A stretch of DNA of 62,446 nucleotides, filler included, from Choristocarpus tenellus KU-1152 (Eukaryota > Protista > Phaeophyceae): the NCBI GenBank assembly GCA_964200185.2. It is 10 parts of 10 records of this genome, joined end to end, with 100 filler letters (N's around TTAATTAATTAA, not from the genome) between each part and the next. Parts side by side here need not be neighbours in the genome. Positions count along the whole stretch, not along the records: positions 1 to 11,442 come from CAXNAD020002314.1; positions 11,543 to 18,313 come from CAXNAD020007385.1; 8 more parts are not named here. One strand, written 5' to 3'. Shown piece after piece: positions 1-14,900 of the stretch; within the stretch, counting starts at the first letter, position 1, and every line of letters begins with the position of its first letter. The notes under the pieces were generated by a model. It was not told the DNA's origin. It made no database searches and was given only the letters and a program-made list of their open reading frames with translations. The position numbers were made by a program, and so were the translations under genes.

Positions 1-1799
1 GGCAAAACTCCCTCCAAGGGCAAGGTGATGATGATGCTAAGGGGGGGGGGGAGGGATGATGTATATTTGTGCGTATATAATGTTGCAGTTAGAGGGGATT
101 TTGTTTCTTATTGAGTTTAAATCATGAAATATTTAGGGTTGAGGTTAAGCATGCTGCTACTTTTATGGTTGGTAGGGGAAGGTGTTCGCCTGCCCCCCCA
201 CACACTCTTGGTTTTCCTTGATTATATGTGAGGAAGGCTGGTGGGTTGTGAAAAATATTGTAAGGCTTTTTTGTGCTTATTTTTGTTTCTCTACTGATGA
301 ACAGGAGGTACACCTTTATTTGATGTTCTATGGGTGAGGTTTGGGCTGTCCTCTTTTGTTTGTAACGATTTGCGTATGTTTTTGTAGGTACGTATTGGTT
401 TAGCGTTAGAGTATTGATATTTTTTTGTTTTGAAGTACTTTGAGCGAGACTGCTACGATACTACTCTACGTACAAGCTAGATACGTACTTCCTCTATAGA
501 GCACCAGCTAGAACAGTCTGTAGGGCAGGCTATACAAATGCACAAGATGATGTCAAGTTTTCATTATTTTTTGCAGGGGTCTTGCAAAAAGCCATTAAGG
601 AGATTCTAATGCCTCAATGAAATCCAACATAGTCTACCTATTCTACACTGCCCAAAGGGGAGCTACAAGAAACGTCATCCTGATGTGATCTATTCTGTCA
701 TCCATGCAAACAATTTGAAGTCATGCTTACTAGCTTTATATTTTAGTTTGAAGAACTTTGGATGAAGCTGCTGTAATCTTTACTCTTATGCTTGGTCTAG
801 AGGTGTAGAGGTGTAGTGGGTGTGCCTGGGGGCTCATGGCAAGGGTTAGGGGATAGGTTCAGTGCAGAGTGTTTTTACCTCAGCATTACACTAAGGTGAC
901 ATGTGCTTGTTTATGAAGGGTCTGGTTTGAAGAGTTTGCTCAGACAGCTCTTTTGCATGCTCTGCTATACATATATCTCCTTTTCAAAACACTATTTGGA
1001 ATCACCTTTGGAGATTTGAATCGGGAAGATGCAGCCAGCCATATCTCGCTGCCCTCCTTAATTGTGAGGTACAGACCCTGCATAACCGTATTGTGGGCGT
1101 GGAAATCTATGTTCAAGAAGGAAGTAAGCTTCTTGATTGGCCGTAGCTCTATCCTTGATTGGGGTAAGAGTAGCATTTGATACCACTAGACTAAAGGTTT
1201 AAATAAATGACGTGTTTGTATCTATCCGTACGGTACGGTACGGATATTGTACTGTGGTGGTGGATAGATTTTGAAAAATTTAGGTTTCACTTTGATTCCA
1301 TTTTGGTGCATGGAGTCCATTGGACACCATCCCATACAATCATTCCTCCTGTAAGAGATGCCTTTATTCTGCTGAGCAGAACAATTTACCAGATAACACA
1401 TGAATGCGGATTCGCATCCCATGTAATGTGCAAAGAGATATCTACTTGTTCTGCGCGTGGTGTTTAGTATGTAACCTCTTAAAGGCTCTAACCCTACAAC
1501 TTCTTTTTTTTGTACCTTGTGAGGAGTCATTGGAACACAACGTACAAAGGCTGTGTTACGTTTAGTTGTTTTTTGTTTTGCAAATTGAAGAAGCAAGAGA
1601 TCTTTCACATTTTCATTTTTTGTAGGTGTATCGTGAAGACACTAAAAGATTGCCCACCAAAATATCAAGCAAAAGGGGCTGCTAAGTTGTGATGATGAGT
1701 TAGTAATAATGTAAATGTGAGGACAGGTAGGTAGGTCCCTTTGGGATGTAATCTCGGTCCCATCCACACCCGCGCGCACACACAAGTGTAATGCGCGCA

Positions 1800-3970
1800 C
1801 ATTTCTTTGTCATCGGTGATGTTCCTTGGAACCTTCCCAACAAATTCAAGTCGAGGTTGGTGACGAGGATTCAGTGTGCCTGAAATTGACCAGAATCATG
1901 TTTGGTCTTCAGGCCCTCCTTGGTTCCACCATGATCTATCTCGCAGGCTGGTCGGCCAATGCTTTTCTCGTGTGAGTGCCCAGTAAGGTAGTCACAATCT
2001 TGACAGTGGATGCTCAATTTGTGAAGGTGCTCGAAGAATGGACCTACCACCCACTCCTGATCGCATTCCGTCCGCACTTAATTCCCTGGTTGTATAGCAT
2101 ACTCCAAAGAAAGGTACATGCCCTTGGTTCCTATGAATGTTCCCCCTCTCCCATTTTGTAGAACAACTCAAAGAATGCTCATGTGGCGCTCTCATTGAAC
2201 TTTGTTCATGTTTGCACTACTTCGCAGTTCTGCTCCGATGACATCCTTCACCAGCAGCAGTGTGATGGATCCTTGGCACCGTACGATGCGCAATCCTGCC
2301 AAGCATAGATTATGCGGGAGAGGTGCTGAATCTGCAGCAAGGGTGACGATGTACCTGGAAGGAGGTGTCATTGGAGAGGCACTCTGGGGGGCCGCCAACC
2401 ATGCCCTCGCGTCGACAGCGTTAGTCTTGGCGGAAGAGATGGAAGCACCGCCAAATATATATGGACCAATTGCAACGGGGTGAGGTCTGCAGCCTCTCAT
2501 ATTTTCGTGACCTTGGCCTTGCATTTGGATTTGTTGTGTTGTGGTGGAACTGATATCGTGAACCTAGATCGTTCGTCTCCCCCAGGTGCCTTCTGTCAAG
2601 TCCAGTTGTAGAGCACCTTGATCCTCGTTTGCTAATGTCATCCATAGACCACAGAGTTGCGTCTTGAACTGTACCCGATCTTTGATGCACTTCTTTCCAG
2701 GATCGACCACCTCGAACAACGCGGAGGTTGTTTTTAATCACATACAGCCGACTAGTGTTCTGGATATTGTCATTCATGAATGGTGTGATCTGTATGAACT
2801 ATTCTATGTACAGAAAATGACATATTTTATCTCTTTTTCCCTACAAGAGAGGAAGGCCTTCCCCTTGAGTCTACTTGCCAACACGAAACAGATCCTGCTT
2901 AGATCAAAACATTCCTTGCGCATATGTCAGGTCAATCAAGTTGACCTATTAATTTGCAACCTACTTAGTCCTGAACAGGAACAAGAATATTTGTTGCTTT
3001 CCAGATTTATTTCTTACACCTCCGATGCCTACCTCTTGACAATACCTCCCCCCCCCCCTTCCCCCTGCTCCCCTCTCACATTATTGCACTGCCATTAAAA
3101 TTTGTCATTATCGATTACACTCATTGGTGATTCATAAATCCTCCAAAATTTGCAGTGGCGTCGTCATCGTATTGTCTGGTGTCGTGGGTGCTTTTATCGT
3201 GTCAACCATTGTCTCAACAATGTCAGACGATATGATAGATGAGGTGAGGGTGAGGGGCAGGTTTGGCAAATGAGGGATTGAAATCCATTTGACTGATGCT
3301 GTGGCACCTATTTGAGCACATGGCTGAATGTGCCATTTCTATCTTCCCTTGTATTGCAGAATGCATTCCTTCAACCATAGCCACTTCATAAGTTTTAACA
3401 TCTGCAATGGGTTGGCACACTCATTGCACTCTCTAATAACCCCGCTTGGATACCATCAGCGCAAGGGGGGTGCTTGTGATGTTTTTCTGCTCATGTTTCT
3501 TATGGTTTGGATTGGACACAAGAAAGCTCGGATGGATCTAATGAAGCTTAGCCTTTGTGATGGAAGTTGTTTGGGTTTTTCATGTATTGCATCCATCATT
3601 GGGTATTATGTTAGTGGGCAGCAAGGTGGAGGTGGATTCAAGGGAAAGTAGGTGTATTACATATGTACTCACTGTACCTTGTTTCGTTTTGATGTCTTCC
3701 CTGATGTAGCAATTCGAGAGGAGAAGTGCACGCATGAGCTGCCTCGGTAGTGAAGATGATAAGAAATGACTCACTAGATGGGTCATCCAAAGTAGTGATT
3801 TAGATTTAGTTTATCGATCTGATTGTGGGACACATAGCCACTCTTTGTCGAAGTTTGGGACCCCTTGCCCTTGTAGGACAAGAAGTTGTTGGCAAACATA
3901 AGGGGTAATTCCTGCTCTTTGAGCCTTAGTGTCCTCAACACAACATCATACAAGCTTGATGGCAAGTGTT
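1800..3970 (-). mobile_element. Highly decayed Ty3/Gypsy-like LTR retrotransposon pol remnant
   Basis: Minus-strand translations with stops and frameshifts resemble, in Gypsy order: the RT N-terminus (MVSKRVIRECNECANPLQMLK, ~3330-3465, cf. GVIRESxSxWASP), an RNase H C-terminus (TDH...PRxxRWSIL...KIGYSSRRNSVV, ~2650-2790) and an integrase segment (HVPFFGVCYTT...G, ~2070-2130). No LTRs found; boundaries approximate. Confidence 0.4.
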
Positions 3971-4477
3971 ACTTGCTGATACAATATTTTGCAACCTTAT
4001 ATTTCTACCCAATTTTAGTATCTTCATTGAGCACTCCATGGAGATCTTTAGTGTATTCATTATTCCACTTGCCCTCCAAGACTGTCATAGTTCCAACCAG
4101 GTCCAAGTGCATCCCCCAAAGTATTCCAACCCACACCACCACACCCCAAGCATCATTTCTGACCTCACCGATTCTGATCTGTTCCTTGGCAGACCCAATC
4201 GCAACCTCTTGTTTTTCTTTTGGGTCAGTGCTATGTTGCTTGTACATCATGTGCTAGTCATATTTTGTGCTCAGTTCCTCCTCTGTACACCTCAGCAATT
4301 TCCTCTCCTCAGTCACAGGAAATACTTCCCCCACGCAGGTCGATGTGATACCCTTAGTCTACTCTTGTCCACACTTTGTGCTGGTTTCATCTTAAAATAA
4401 TACAAGCATCCCCATCCTAACCCACTCAATCCACGCACTCTCTGCTCCCCCACTCCCCCTCCCCCCTACTCAACCTT

Positions 4478-4520
4478 GCCCTGCCCTGCCCTGCCCTGCC
4501 CTGCCCTGCCCTGCCCTTCC
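4478..4520. repeat. (CCCTG)n microsatellite
   Basis: About 7 tandem CCCTG units read directly. Confidence 0.9.
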
Positions 4521-6969
4521 TCACTACGTATTCAAATGATCACATGCTCTCTTAGGTCACAGATCAGCTTGCAAGTGGATCTCAGAAGGCATCGATTGAG
4601 GAAGAGGGACGGAGGACTCAGGAGCGGATGAAAGCTGTCTCAAGTAGGCCGGACCCAACGTTTTCTGCAGAGGATGCAGCAAAGGTGGAGGCAGAGACCG
4701 AAAAGGCTCAGAACACCATCATATCCACCATTGATGATGAATATGACGACTGAAACGTGTTTGGTGGTTGACAGTCTTGAAATAGTGCCACAAGTGAGTG
4801 AGCTGTCACGTCAGTGGGGCAGGCCACTTTAAGGATACACATCTGTGGAAATTCAACCAAATGAGAACTTATTTTCATTTTCTCAATATCACAAGCCATT
4901 TAGTTTTGTGTGCATCATTGGTCTGCGTGTCTGTGTCTGTGTGCTTGTATGTTTTTTTTTTGTGCATTCAGCTCCCTGTTGCAGTGGCTGGGTGGTTGGG
5001 TGGATGGGTAGCTTCTTGGTTGAGTTTCTTGTTTTGGTGAGAGTTTGTCCTGACAAGCTCCCACTTGCAATCCCCGCCCACCCTTCCCTGTTCTCATCCC
5101 GATCTTGAGGTCATCGCATGCTGAAGGTGTGTGTGTCTCCCAAAGTAAGAAATCTTGGGGATTCTGATAGAAAATCTGCCAAAATCGGTGGTTGCCCTGA
5201 CCAAGAACAGTCAGTTCAACACCTCAATGCAATTGGGGATGTCGTTTGTATGAAATATCTCACTACATTGTCAATGATGCACCTCGCAGTCATTCCATCC
5301 CAACTTCCCAAGTCAGTGCAAGGTTTTTTGTTTAAATGCAGGTGTCTCCCATTGTGAAGAGCTTGTTTCCATTGGGTATTTTGATTTCTCACTGACCTAA
5401 GAGACTAGAAGAGTTAGGGTTAGGGTGTTCAATGCAAACAGGTCAAAGCACCCAATTTCTAGTTTATGAAATATATGGCGCCACTCTTGATTTTCGGGAG
5501 GTGATGAGTAGGACATTGTCGCTACTGCAGTTCCATTTGAGTTGTTAGTTCAACGGATGGAGGATTCTGGTAATATCAAGGGAGATGAGTTGCACATGTC
5601 ATTTTCAATCTAGTAATTGCATTTGCTAGGTGGCTGCACCCAACCTAGAGAGGTTTTTCTACAAGGGGTGAGCTCAAGCTCCGCGCAATGCTTTGCCACA
5701 CTTGAATATATATTATAGAGGTGAAACACTGAGGGGTGTATTTCGAACTCATAAACGTAAGACTATGTGAATGGGAAACGCCTCCAATGAAGGTGATCCG
5801 AATATTACTAGTATAAACCTCACAAAAGAGAAAAATACAGTGCAACGCATTAGTGTATCATCCTTAGAGCTTAAATTAAAAAACAATGTAGAGGAATCAC
5901 TGATAACCAGGGCATTAGTGAAATATTTTGTACGGGACAATAAAAACAGTAACCGCCCCTACTTAGTTCTCGGTAGTCCCACCAAGAACCTAAACCAATT
6001 CCAGAAGTTAAAAGTCATGAGGGTAGAACTTGAAAAGTTTTTTGCAATGTTCGATCATGTTAACATTGTACCTTCTAAGAATCTTTGTTTCCCGAAGAGC
6101 CTACCTTTCTCTATTTACCCAAAGTGATTTTGTGTGTCTGCAGATATCAACATTTGCCAGAAGTTTGTTTTTTGATGGGGCTGCCCACTGAAGTTCTTGT
6201 CCACTGCAAAAATACAGTGTTTTTTCACACACATGCCGTCTTTTTTCGCAAGTACGCTTTCACTGTAGTCGATGGCTGACGAAGCAGTATTGCCTTCCGT
6301 TATTTCCAGTGAAGATAATGGTTAATCGACATTCACCGTTGAAGAGATCAAACTGAACGTACGTTTTTACAGACAAGGGTCTTGTTTCCTTGCAAGATTT
6401 TTGAAATTGCTGCGAAAAGGTGAGACAGTTGTATTCACGTGGAAGTTTTCGTATTGAATTGCGCGCACGTCCTTTGTGCTTTATCGTGTACCTAACAATA
6501 CCTGTCCCTGCTTGGCACCTCTCTACGCCTACCTAAATGAACATCACAAGCGGCAACACTCCCAAGTCCAACGGTTGCAGAGAAATTTTAATGACATTCT
6601 AGGAAAAGGTTTCCAAAGTAACTAAGCAGAATGTCTCTCTTGCCTACTCTGAGACACAGGCCTTTTGTAGCGACACTCAATAACCTTAAGATGGGCGTGA
6701 TAAGGCTGGGTAGAAGGTTTCTTTTTTTGTCCATTTTTAGTTACAAGGGCAAAAGAAATATTCTAATTCCCCACAACATGACAAAAGAAATCTCAGAATT
6801 CCCAACATCGAAGATATCAACCTCTAGTCACCTCTCAAGGAACAATGAGTAAGATCTTGTTTGAAAAGCAACATATTGCATAGAATGGGGTGATGCTAAA
6901 AGAACTTTGAAATTTGTTCTCAAGACAAAGGTCGAGCAAGGCAAAAGGAACGGCGTCTCGTGACTGGGT

Positions 6970-6985
6970 GGTGCTTAAAAACACC
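6970..6985 (-). promoter_or_regulatory. Histone mRNA 3' stem-loop of H4
   Basis: Minus strand reads GGTGTT-TTTA-AGCACC followed by ACCCA, ~69 nt after the H4 stop: a 6-bp stem (one G-U pair) with a 4-nt loop, the canonical histone stem-loop geometry. Confidence 0.9.
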
Positions 6986-7053
6986 AGGTTGCGAGGATGC
7001 CCTGAGGAAATTGGTATCCTGCAGAGGTCCTTGACAAAACCTCTTGGTTAGAC

Positions 7054-8219
<1,166 letters not shown>

Positions 8220-8293
8220 ATTGTCTTGTGATAGTCAGACGCGTCCACCCCATACCCATCATGAAAGAACCCGATTTTCATTTTCCTTCACCT

Positions 8294-8309
8294 GGTGCTT
8301 TTCAGCACC
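8294..8309 (+). promoter_or_regulatory. Histone mRNA 3' stem-loop of H3
   Basis: GGTGCT-TTTC-AGCACC followed by ACCCA (8310-8314), ~75 nt after the stop; perfect 6-bp stem with a 4-nt loop. Confidence 0.92.
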
Positions 8310-9693
8310 ACCCAGTTGGAAGAGAAACTGCAATAATGAAATGGAGTCCATAGACATGCGATGCTAGTTTGTGTCCTCACCGAGACCTCAGTGAAATGAT
8401 ATTTTAATCACAATTTTTCGTAGTACAAATCCATTCCTCTTTTCTGCTCTAGCTTCTGCTCGCCAGTAACTTTTATTGTGGCTAGGCCACCTATTGATAG
8501 TTATTTTTCTCTTATTTACAACAACCTGCACTTTCTCAGTTTCATGGTATCACTCATTGCCAATTTTGGACAAGTCAATAGCAATTATGAAAGGCAGTTG
8601 AATCTGTTACCTGGTGGGTGTTGAGAAGACGAGAACCAGAGGACGTGCAGTTATTACGCTTGAAAGATTATAAGAAACTAAATATTTGCAAAGTACGAAA
8701 GAGTGCTCCGATTGTTAACACTTATGAACCAGACATAATTACTGAAGGATATGAACCTACAAGGATATCAAATGTAGACGTTTAAGCATATCTATACCTT
8801 TATCACCACACACGTACCACGTTTTAGGAAACATATTCAAAACTGTTAAAAAAAATAGAGGTAGAGACTGAGTTTAGGGCAAATTACTATTTGTTGTGTA
8901 GTTTCTTTACTTTAGTCTGGCGACCACCTTGACCTGTGGTCAGTGGCTCTACACACTGAACCACTTAGCAGCAACCACTGTGAATCAAACCAAATGAGAG
9001 GTAGGCAGGGTTGCGTTTTAAGGATCCCGAGAAAGGACAAAAGATGCCATTGTGTACAATTGAAGAAAGAGGCCTTGTTGAATTTCAGTGTTCACCCACA
9101 TTACAGCATTTACTATTTTTTATCATTTAGAATACCTCACTACTTGCAAAAAAAGAAGACTTCACTATGGTGTAGGTCTCTGTGTAACATGTGAGGTCAC
9201 CCTTCTCTGTGTTACTCATGTGCTTTAAATACGTTGAATCAGGTTTTCCTTCCTATGCAAACCTATGGGTTGGTGGTATTTACACCCTCATACTCTTCAG
9301 GTGTTTTTGCTACTATTTTAACACGATGAACTGCATCGAAACATGGCGCCCTAAACGCTCCATATTGAAATCCAGCAAACACATAAAGATAGTAATAACA
9401 ATTACAAAAGGCATTAAAAAAATTGACTCTAAAGACCATAAAATAAAAGGCAAATGATGCTATTCTACACTTCACCTCTCTCACTAATGATAAAATTATC
9501 TTCCAGTCATAGTTAGATGCACGATGGAATAATGCTGGAACTTTTGTGAAGTACTTACAGTCGTGGAGAAGAAAAAATGAAATGTTCAGACCCACAATGA
9601 GGTAGGCTACACAATTATAACAGGGAAATAAACGAACAATATGCTTCGTAATAGATATACTACACTTGTCCGACCAAACAAAGCCAATGGATA

Positions 9694-10040
9694 GGCAAAA
9701 GTATCTTAGTAGAGCTGCGTCCATTTTGGGGCCCAAAATCCAATGTTGCTACTCCGAAATATTTTCACCCTGCTGTCAAAAAGTTGCTCAACATTCTAAC
9801 TTTGGACACACACAGCTGTATTCTGTATTGCCCTGTGATTCCGAATCAGCTCTCACACTGCCAAATCGTCATGTTTAAAAAGATTATAGGTAAATAGTAA
9901 TACATGTATACAGTACAGAATTGAGACCAAGAAATATTTTGGAGTAGGTAAAATGTCATTAAAAACATGTGGGCAGTTAGTTAAGCCCCAAATAATGGAC
10001 AAATGGGAAAAAACTCATACCCTCTAAAATACTTTCACTC
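9694..10040 (-). mobile_element. MITE family A, old degenerate copy with internal insertion or rearrangement
   Basis: Starts with AAAAGTATCTTAG...GCGTCCATTTTGGGGCCCAAAATCCAATGTTGC and ends with ATACCCTCTAAAATACTTTCACTC; the hairpin half TTTTGGAGTAGGTAAAATG is present. Confidence 0.8.
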
Positions 10041-11442
10041 AGGCCAGTTTCTCTTTTCATTGCTGCCAGTCTCTGAGTGCAACAGTTTTATGAGTAGCGC
10101 CTGTGAAGAGAGCAAGGGATGATCCCCAGACTAATGTGAACAGAGTAACCGTAACACCTTCATTGTTAAATCGTCATTGAGAATTATGTAGTTGTTGACT
10201 TCCTCTGGAGGTTGCTTTTAGCCTGTATTGAATTTCCTACTTGCACATTAGAAAGATTTGTTAACACTGGATAAATCCCATCTTCAAAGCAGTTACTTTC
10301 CAAGGCCTACATGAGAGTGTAACATACTACTATACTGGTCCCTGTTTCCAACAGAAGTAGCCTAAGTGGGATGCAAACTTGAGATACAATTATTACAGGC
10401 CATCATCTTGTAAAACAGGCACAGTCAACCTAAACTCGCCTCATGTAGTCACTAGCTGACATCCGAATCTCCTCCACCTCACCTTCTATCATAGCAAGCA
10501 TTGCCAAATGGTCCTGTTGCACTTTCAATGCCATCTACAGAATGGACACTCGTGTACAAGCCTTGCACAGGCAAAGACTGCACACAAGTCACTGATCACG
10601 GAGAGTCAATGAGATAGGAAGACTACTACTCTCACCTTGATCGTTCTGTCATAAAGCTGTATTGCAGATAAGAGTTTCCCCAAGATAAGTTGCAACACAA
10701 GTTCTTCGTAAATCGTTCAATTATTGCCACCCAAAATCAACAAAAAAGCCTTGGTGTGAAAATTGAAAACATGTGTTTCTAAGTTCAGCTTGCACCCTAC
10801 CAATCATGTTAAGGACAAGGAGCCTCCATATCCTTACCACCTTGATACATTACACCTAAATCCTCCCCAGGAGGTACAACATGCACACTAACCAAGACTA
10901 TCAAGAACATGAAACTCTCACACCAAATTACACACCAGTACCTCCACATACCATACTATAGGTCCACTCTACCACATTATGAGGCGTAGCAGGACATACT
11001 ATCTACAAACGAATACATGCATCGTAACCTCATGTTTGAAAACGTAAGGATGACACACAACACAACAAAACTGATGTATCATCCAGGAACACATTTGTGA
11101 CTATCAACAGTCCAGCTGGCAATCAACAACATTGGCAACAGGCAATGGGGACACTCTGAAGCCAACTCAGGACGAGTCACAACAATTTTGATATCTGACA
11201 TTCGACCAAAGCTATCCCAGCTCCCCTATCCACAATTCTCTTCCTGGAAATGCATCTCTTTAAATGCTAAGATGCATCTTCCTCTAGCAAGGAAGGATAG
11301 AATATCACACGGTGTTTGGCAGTGGGGAAACACCTAGAACACCCAAGGGCACTGTACAAGGCAAAATTCAGAAATCTGCCTCCAGCGTGAAGACTTGATC
11401 TGCCTTCTCCACTCCCACGCCTGACTTGCTGTATTCCCCCAC

Positions 11443-11542
11443 NNNNNNNNNNNNNNNNNNNNNNNNNNNNNNNNNNNNNNNNNNNNTTAATTAATTAANN
11501 NNNNNNNNNNNNNNNNNNNNNNNNNNNNNNNNNNNNNNNNNN
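11443..11542. other. Artificial contig linker N44-TTAATTAATTAA-N44 (also at 18314-18413, 27283-27382, 30429-30528, 33891-33990, 39430-39529, 43527-43626, 50625-50724, 57627-57726)
   Basis: Nine identical 100-bp spacers. TTAATTAATTAA puts stops in all six frames, a standard concatenation linker. Separate N10 gaps occur at 22777-22786 and 58845-58854. Confidence 0.98.
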
Positions 11543-11954
11543 AGTTTGGATGATGTGTTGGGGCGATGTGGTTGGTGTAGGGGATAATTTTTTCGCGCGT
11601 ACCATTTACATTGTATTATGGTTCTTGGCACATATGGCACTTCGTATATTGATGTACATTAAAATGTGTGCAGTATTTCCAAACTTCGATACGGTCCCAT
11701 GATGACAACATTGTTGGTGGATTAGGTGGTCAAATAGGTTAGGGTTTATCGTGGGATATTGTGTGTACGTCTACCAACAGCATACAGCATAAATATATAC
11801 CAAATATTCATATAGCATTTCTGGCTTGTGTATGTGGTTACAAAATAGACAATAAAGAGTTGGGATCTGCACTCTTTGTTAAAATAATAAATCCGACGGC
11901 ATGTTGGAAATATGTGTGTTGCCTCAGCTCATGCATAGGAAGGGGAGACCTCAC

Positions 11955-14900
11955 CTCTTGCTTCACTGCAGCACTGTAAGTCGTCACAGGCGGCCACACA
12001 CTCCCTAGTACCGTCAACCACGGTACCCACAGTGCAAGTGTGGGAGGCACAGGTGACAACTTCGTCGGCAATTCTGAAGTTTGCCACTGTAGCCTGGTTA
12101 GTCGGTGGGGCGGGAACGGGAGATGTCAGCTACGTAGCCACGAGGAGATGATACAGCTAGTTTGAAATGATCGAGGGAACACCATTTGCAGTCATCGCTA
12201 GTTCTCTAGCTGCATTTAAATGCCCAACATGATAATGTACTTGCTTACGACAAGAGAGTGGAATGCCAGTTCATATAATGAAGTGTGAAGATAGTTCTCC
12301 ACACTTACATACACATTATTCTTGTTTTATTTCAGCGCCCCTCACTCAGTCAAATGCCGAGAAACTTACCACAGAAAATTGGACAAGAATAAAACTTCTC
12401 TTACCATGGCCTCCCTGATTCTTCGTGCATTGTTAGCCGTAGGAGTTCCCGTTGGCTTGCCAAGATAGTTAATATCCGGGTCGGAAAAGTGGGGTGCCCT
12501 TGGAGCATAAGAACTTGGGCAGCTGTAGGACATAACGGTTCTGTACCTGAAGAAACAACGAAAAAAATAATGAGGTTGGGGAAGTCCGTCCTTTGTGGTG
12601 GGTATTCCAGCTAATGCAGCTTCATACGTGCAGGTTTAATTGCTTGCCTCTTCTTGTTACCCCAACCATGATGATACAATACCATAAGCCTACTTCTCAT
12701 TATCAATATAAGGATCAAAGGGAACAGAAAATGTATCAGTTTTCAATTAGTTAGCGATGATAAATTGTCTAATTATCACAAGATAATCTGAGGGAGCGCA
12801 TGTGTACAGTGCAATGAATTCCCTTCAACACGTGTCCACATTACTGGAGTAATGGCGCTCTTTCTATCAATGACCTGTGCTATGTTACCCCTTTTTACAG
12901 AGAATTGTCATACCGATATGACTCACAGGTCTGTCCCTTCACAGTATCGATAACCGTAACGGTACCCGTAGCCTTCCGGAGCATTGTCTACGTCATGGTG
13001 GCAGCCCAGATTGTGTCCGAACTCATGGAGAGGAACAAATCCATTGAGACAGTTCCTGTGCACTACCGACACGCCAAGTGGAGCAAATCCAGTTGTGATG
13101 GTTCCCATAATATACCTAAGGGAGGGAATAACGTTGTTACTGTTACGTACGATGAGTTCAGCTTTCAGACCATGCTTTCAGTGAAGAAAGTCGTAGTGCT
13201 CTAAAGAGCTGCTTCAGATACGTAAGACGATAGAACTTATCATGTTCCTGGTGACATTGACACGATAATATGAGCATGGTCGAATGCAGCGTCAAGTAGA
13301 GCACATGTGTAGATCAGCTCAAAGGTCATTGATTCTTCGTGAATAGTTACTGACAATCAAGGTATATTTCATGGGAAAGTAGAAGGTCACACACAGTAAC
13401 ACCAGCGATCTTAATGGCAAATTCTTCACCTCCCAAAATACAAGAATACTTCGATGAAGTACTTCAGGGTATTTGTCTGAACAATTCACACAGATGAGGT
13501 CAAAGTTCAGGTGATTGACCATAAAAAAATCAATCTCACTCGATGGAATGTGACCAAGAAAGCGAGCAACCACGTGAAGGTGAGCAAAAACATGTACTGA
13601 TGTCAAACACTGCAGATATGCAGCAAACACATGACACAACCATACGCCTCGCAGTACATCATGCACAAATACTCACGCGTAGCCACACCAATCGTTGAAA
13701 TTGCCAATCAGTTGCACAAGATCAGCATTGTATGTGTCCCGCAATTCAAATGCACCGTCCACATTCCCATTCCTCAGCTCACTGAGCGCTGTAGGGGCGG
13801 AGAGACTCACCTGTTCATAGGTTGTCTAAGCAAGGTACAAGATTTGGACAACACATTGAATCGCGATCAATGTAGAGATCAGAACTTGAGGTTGGGTATG
13901 TTAAGTAAGCGACATTATGCAGGAAAACATACACCAAATCCACCCAGTCCTGGCCTGTATGCCAGATGTTAATGTTGATGAAATTCCTCTCGCCCAATGA
14001 CAGTCACCCCACAAAGTCCAGGCTACGCATTGGCTTGAGAAATGTTATATATATATATATATCCCATCGTTCATGATCGCAACAACCCAACACCTGCTAC
14101 TCATACATACTCTGGTAGTTGTATCTCGCCAAAATATCCCAACACTGATGAGCTCTTAAGAGCTAACTGCACCATGACAAGAATGCCTGGATCATCTCTA
14201 TTCTCTTTTGAAACAGCAAGAAAGCAGTCTCTTGCCTGAACAAATATAAACACTCCACTTGTGGTAACCAAAAACATGATAGTTAGCACAATCGAAGGTT
14301 ACAGAAAACCTTGTGTGACTTTGGCGGCCAGAGTCGAAAGAGTAAGCCCTCTAAGAGCACTCTATTGCTGTATTTTGATTATTTGTGTGGATTTATTCCC
14401 ACTAAAAAACAAATGTACGATACCTACATATTATTTCGAGAAGGCACCCTCACGTACGCAGTGTGCATAATGGAGTGATTGTGGTTGTGTACCTCTCTCA
14501 TCCTACTGTAATTTACTTTCATTAATATTATCTTCGCTTTTAAGTTTGGGGTTTGGGGACTATCCTGACCTGGGGTCAGAGGCACTGCACACTGCACTAC
14601 TTCTCAACTAACTGTTGCACTATGGTAAATTGGACTGCCTGCATCCATGCCTTGCTTTTTGCGCATTGGGGTCAGCCATCCCAACGTTTGTTGCTCTACC
14701 TCCTCCCTCGTACCTTGTGCTGAATCCACCTCGATTAGCAATGAAATCTTGCCACCTCAATCGCGGTCCGTTTTGGAGGTGAAGCGACAAAGAGGACATT
14801 GTGTATATGGTAGTATCCCCAATGCGCACCATATGGATTTGAAATAGTTAAAACAGGAGTCTTACATGAAAACAAGCCTGTTGCCAATGGGGTATGTTCG

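Noticed and set aside
5771-6127. 118-aa ORF near H4
   Set aside because: No recognisable motif or splice support; cannot be called a gene from sequence alone.
11443-11542. Recurrent TTAATTAATTAA motif and ORFs ending in 'LIN'
   Set aside because: Artificial six-frame-stop linker inside N runs; not biological.
14101-14289. Extra exon of the metalloprotease
   Set aside because: The flanking exons already join in phase to give a continuous domain, and this peptide has no family resemblance.
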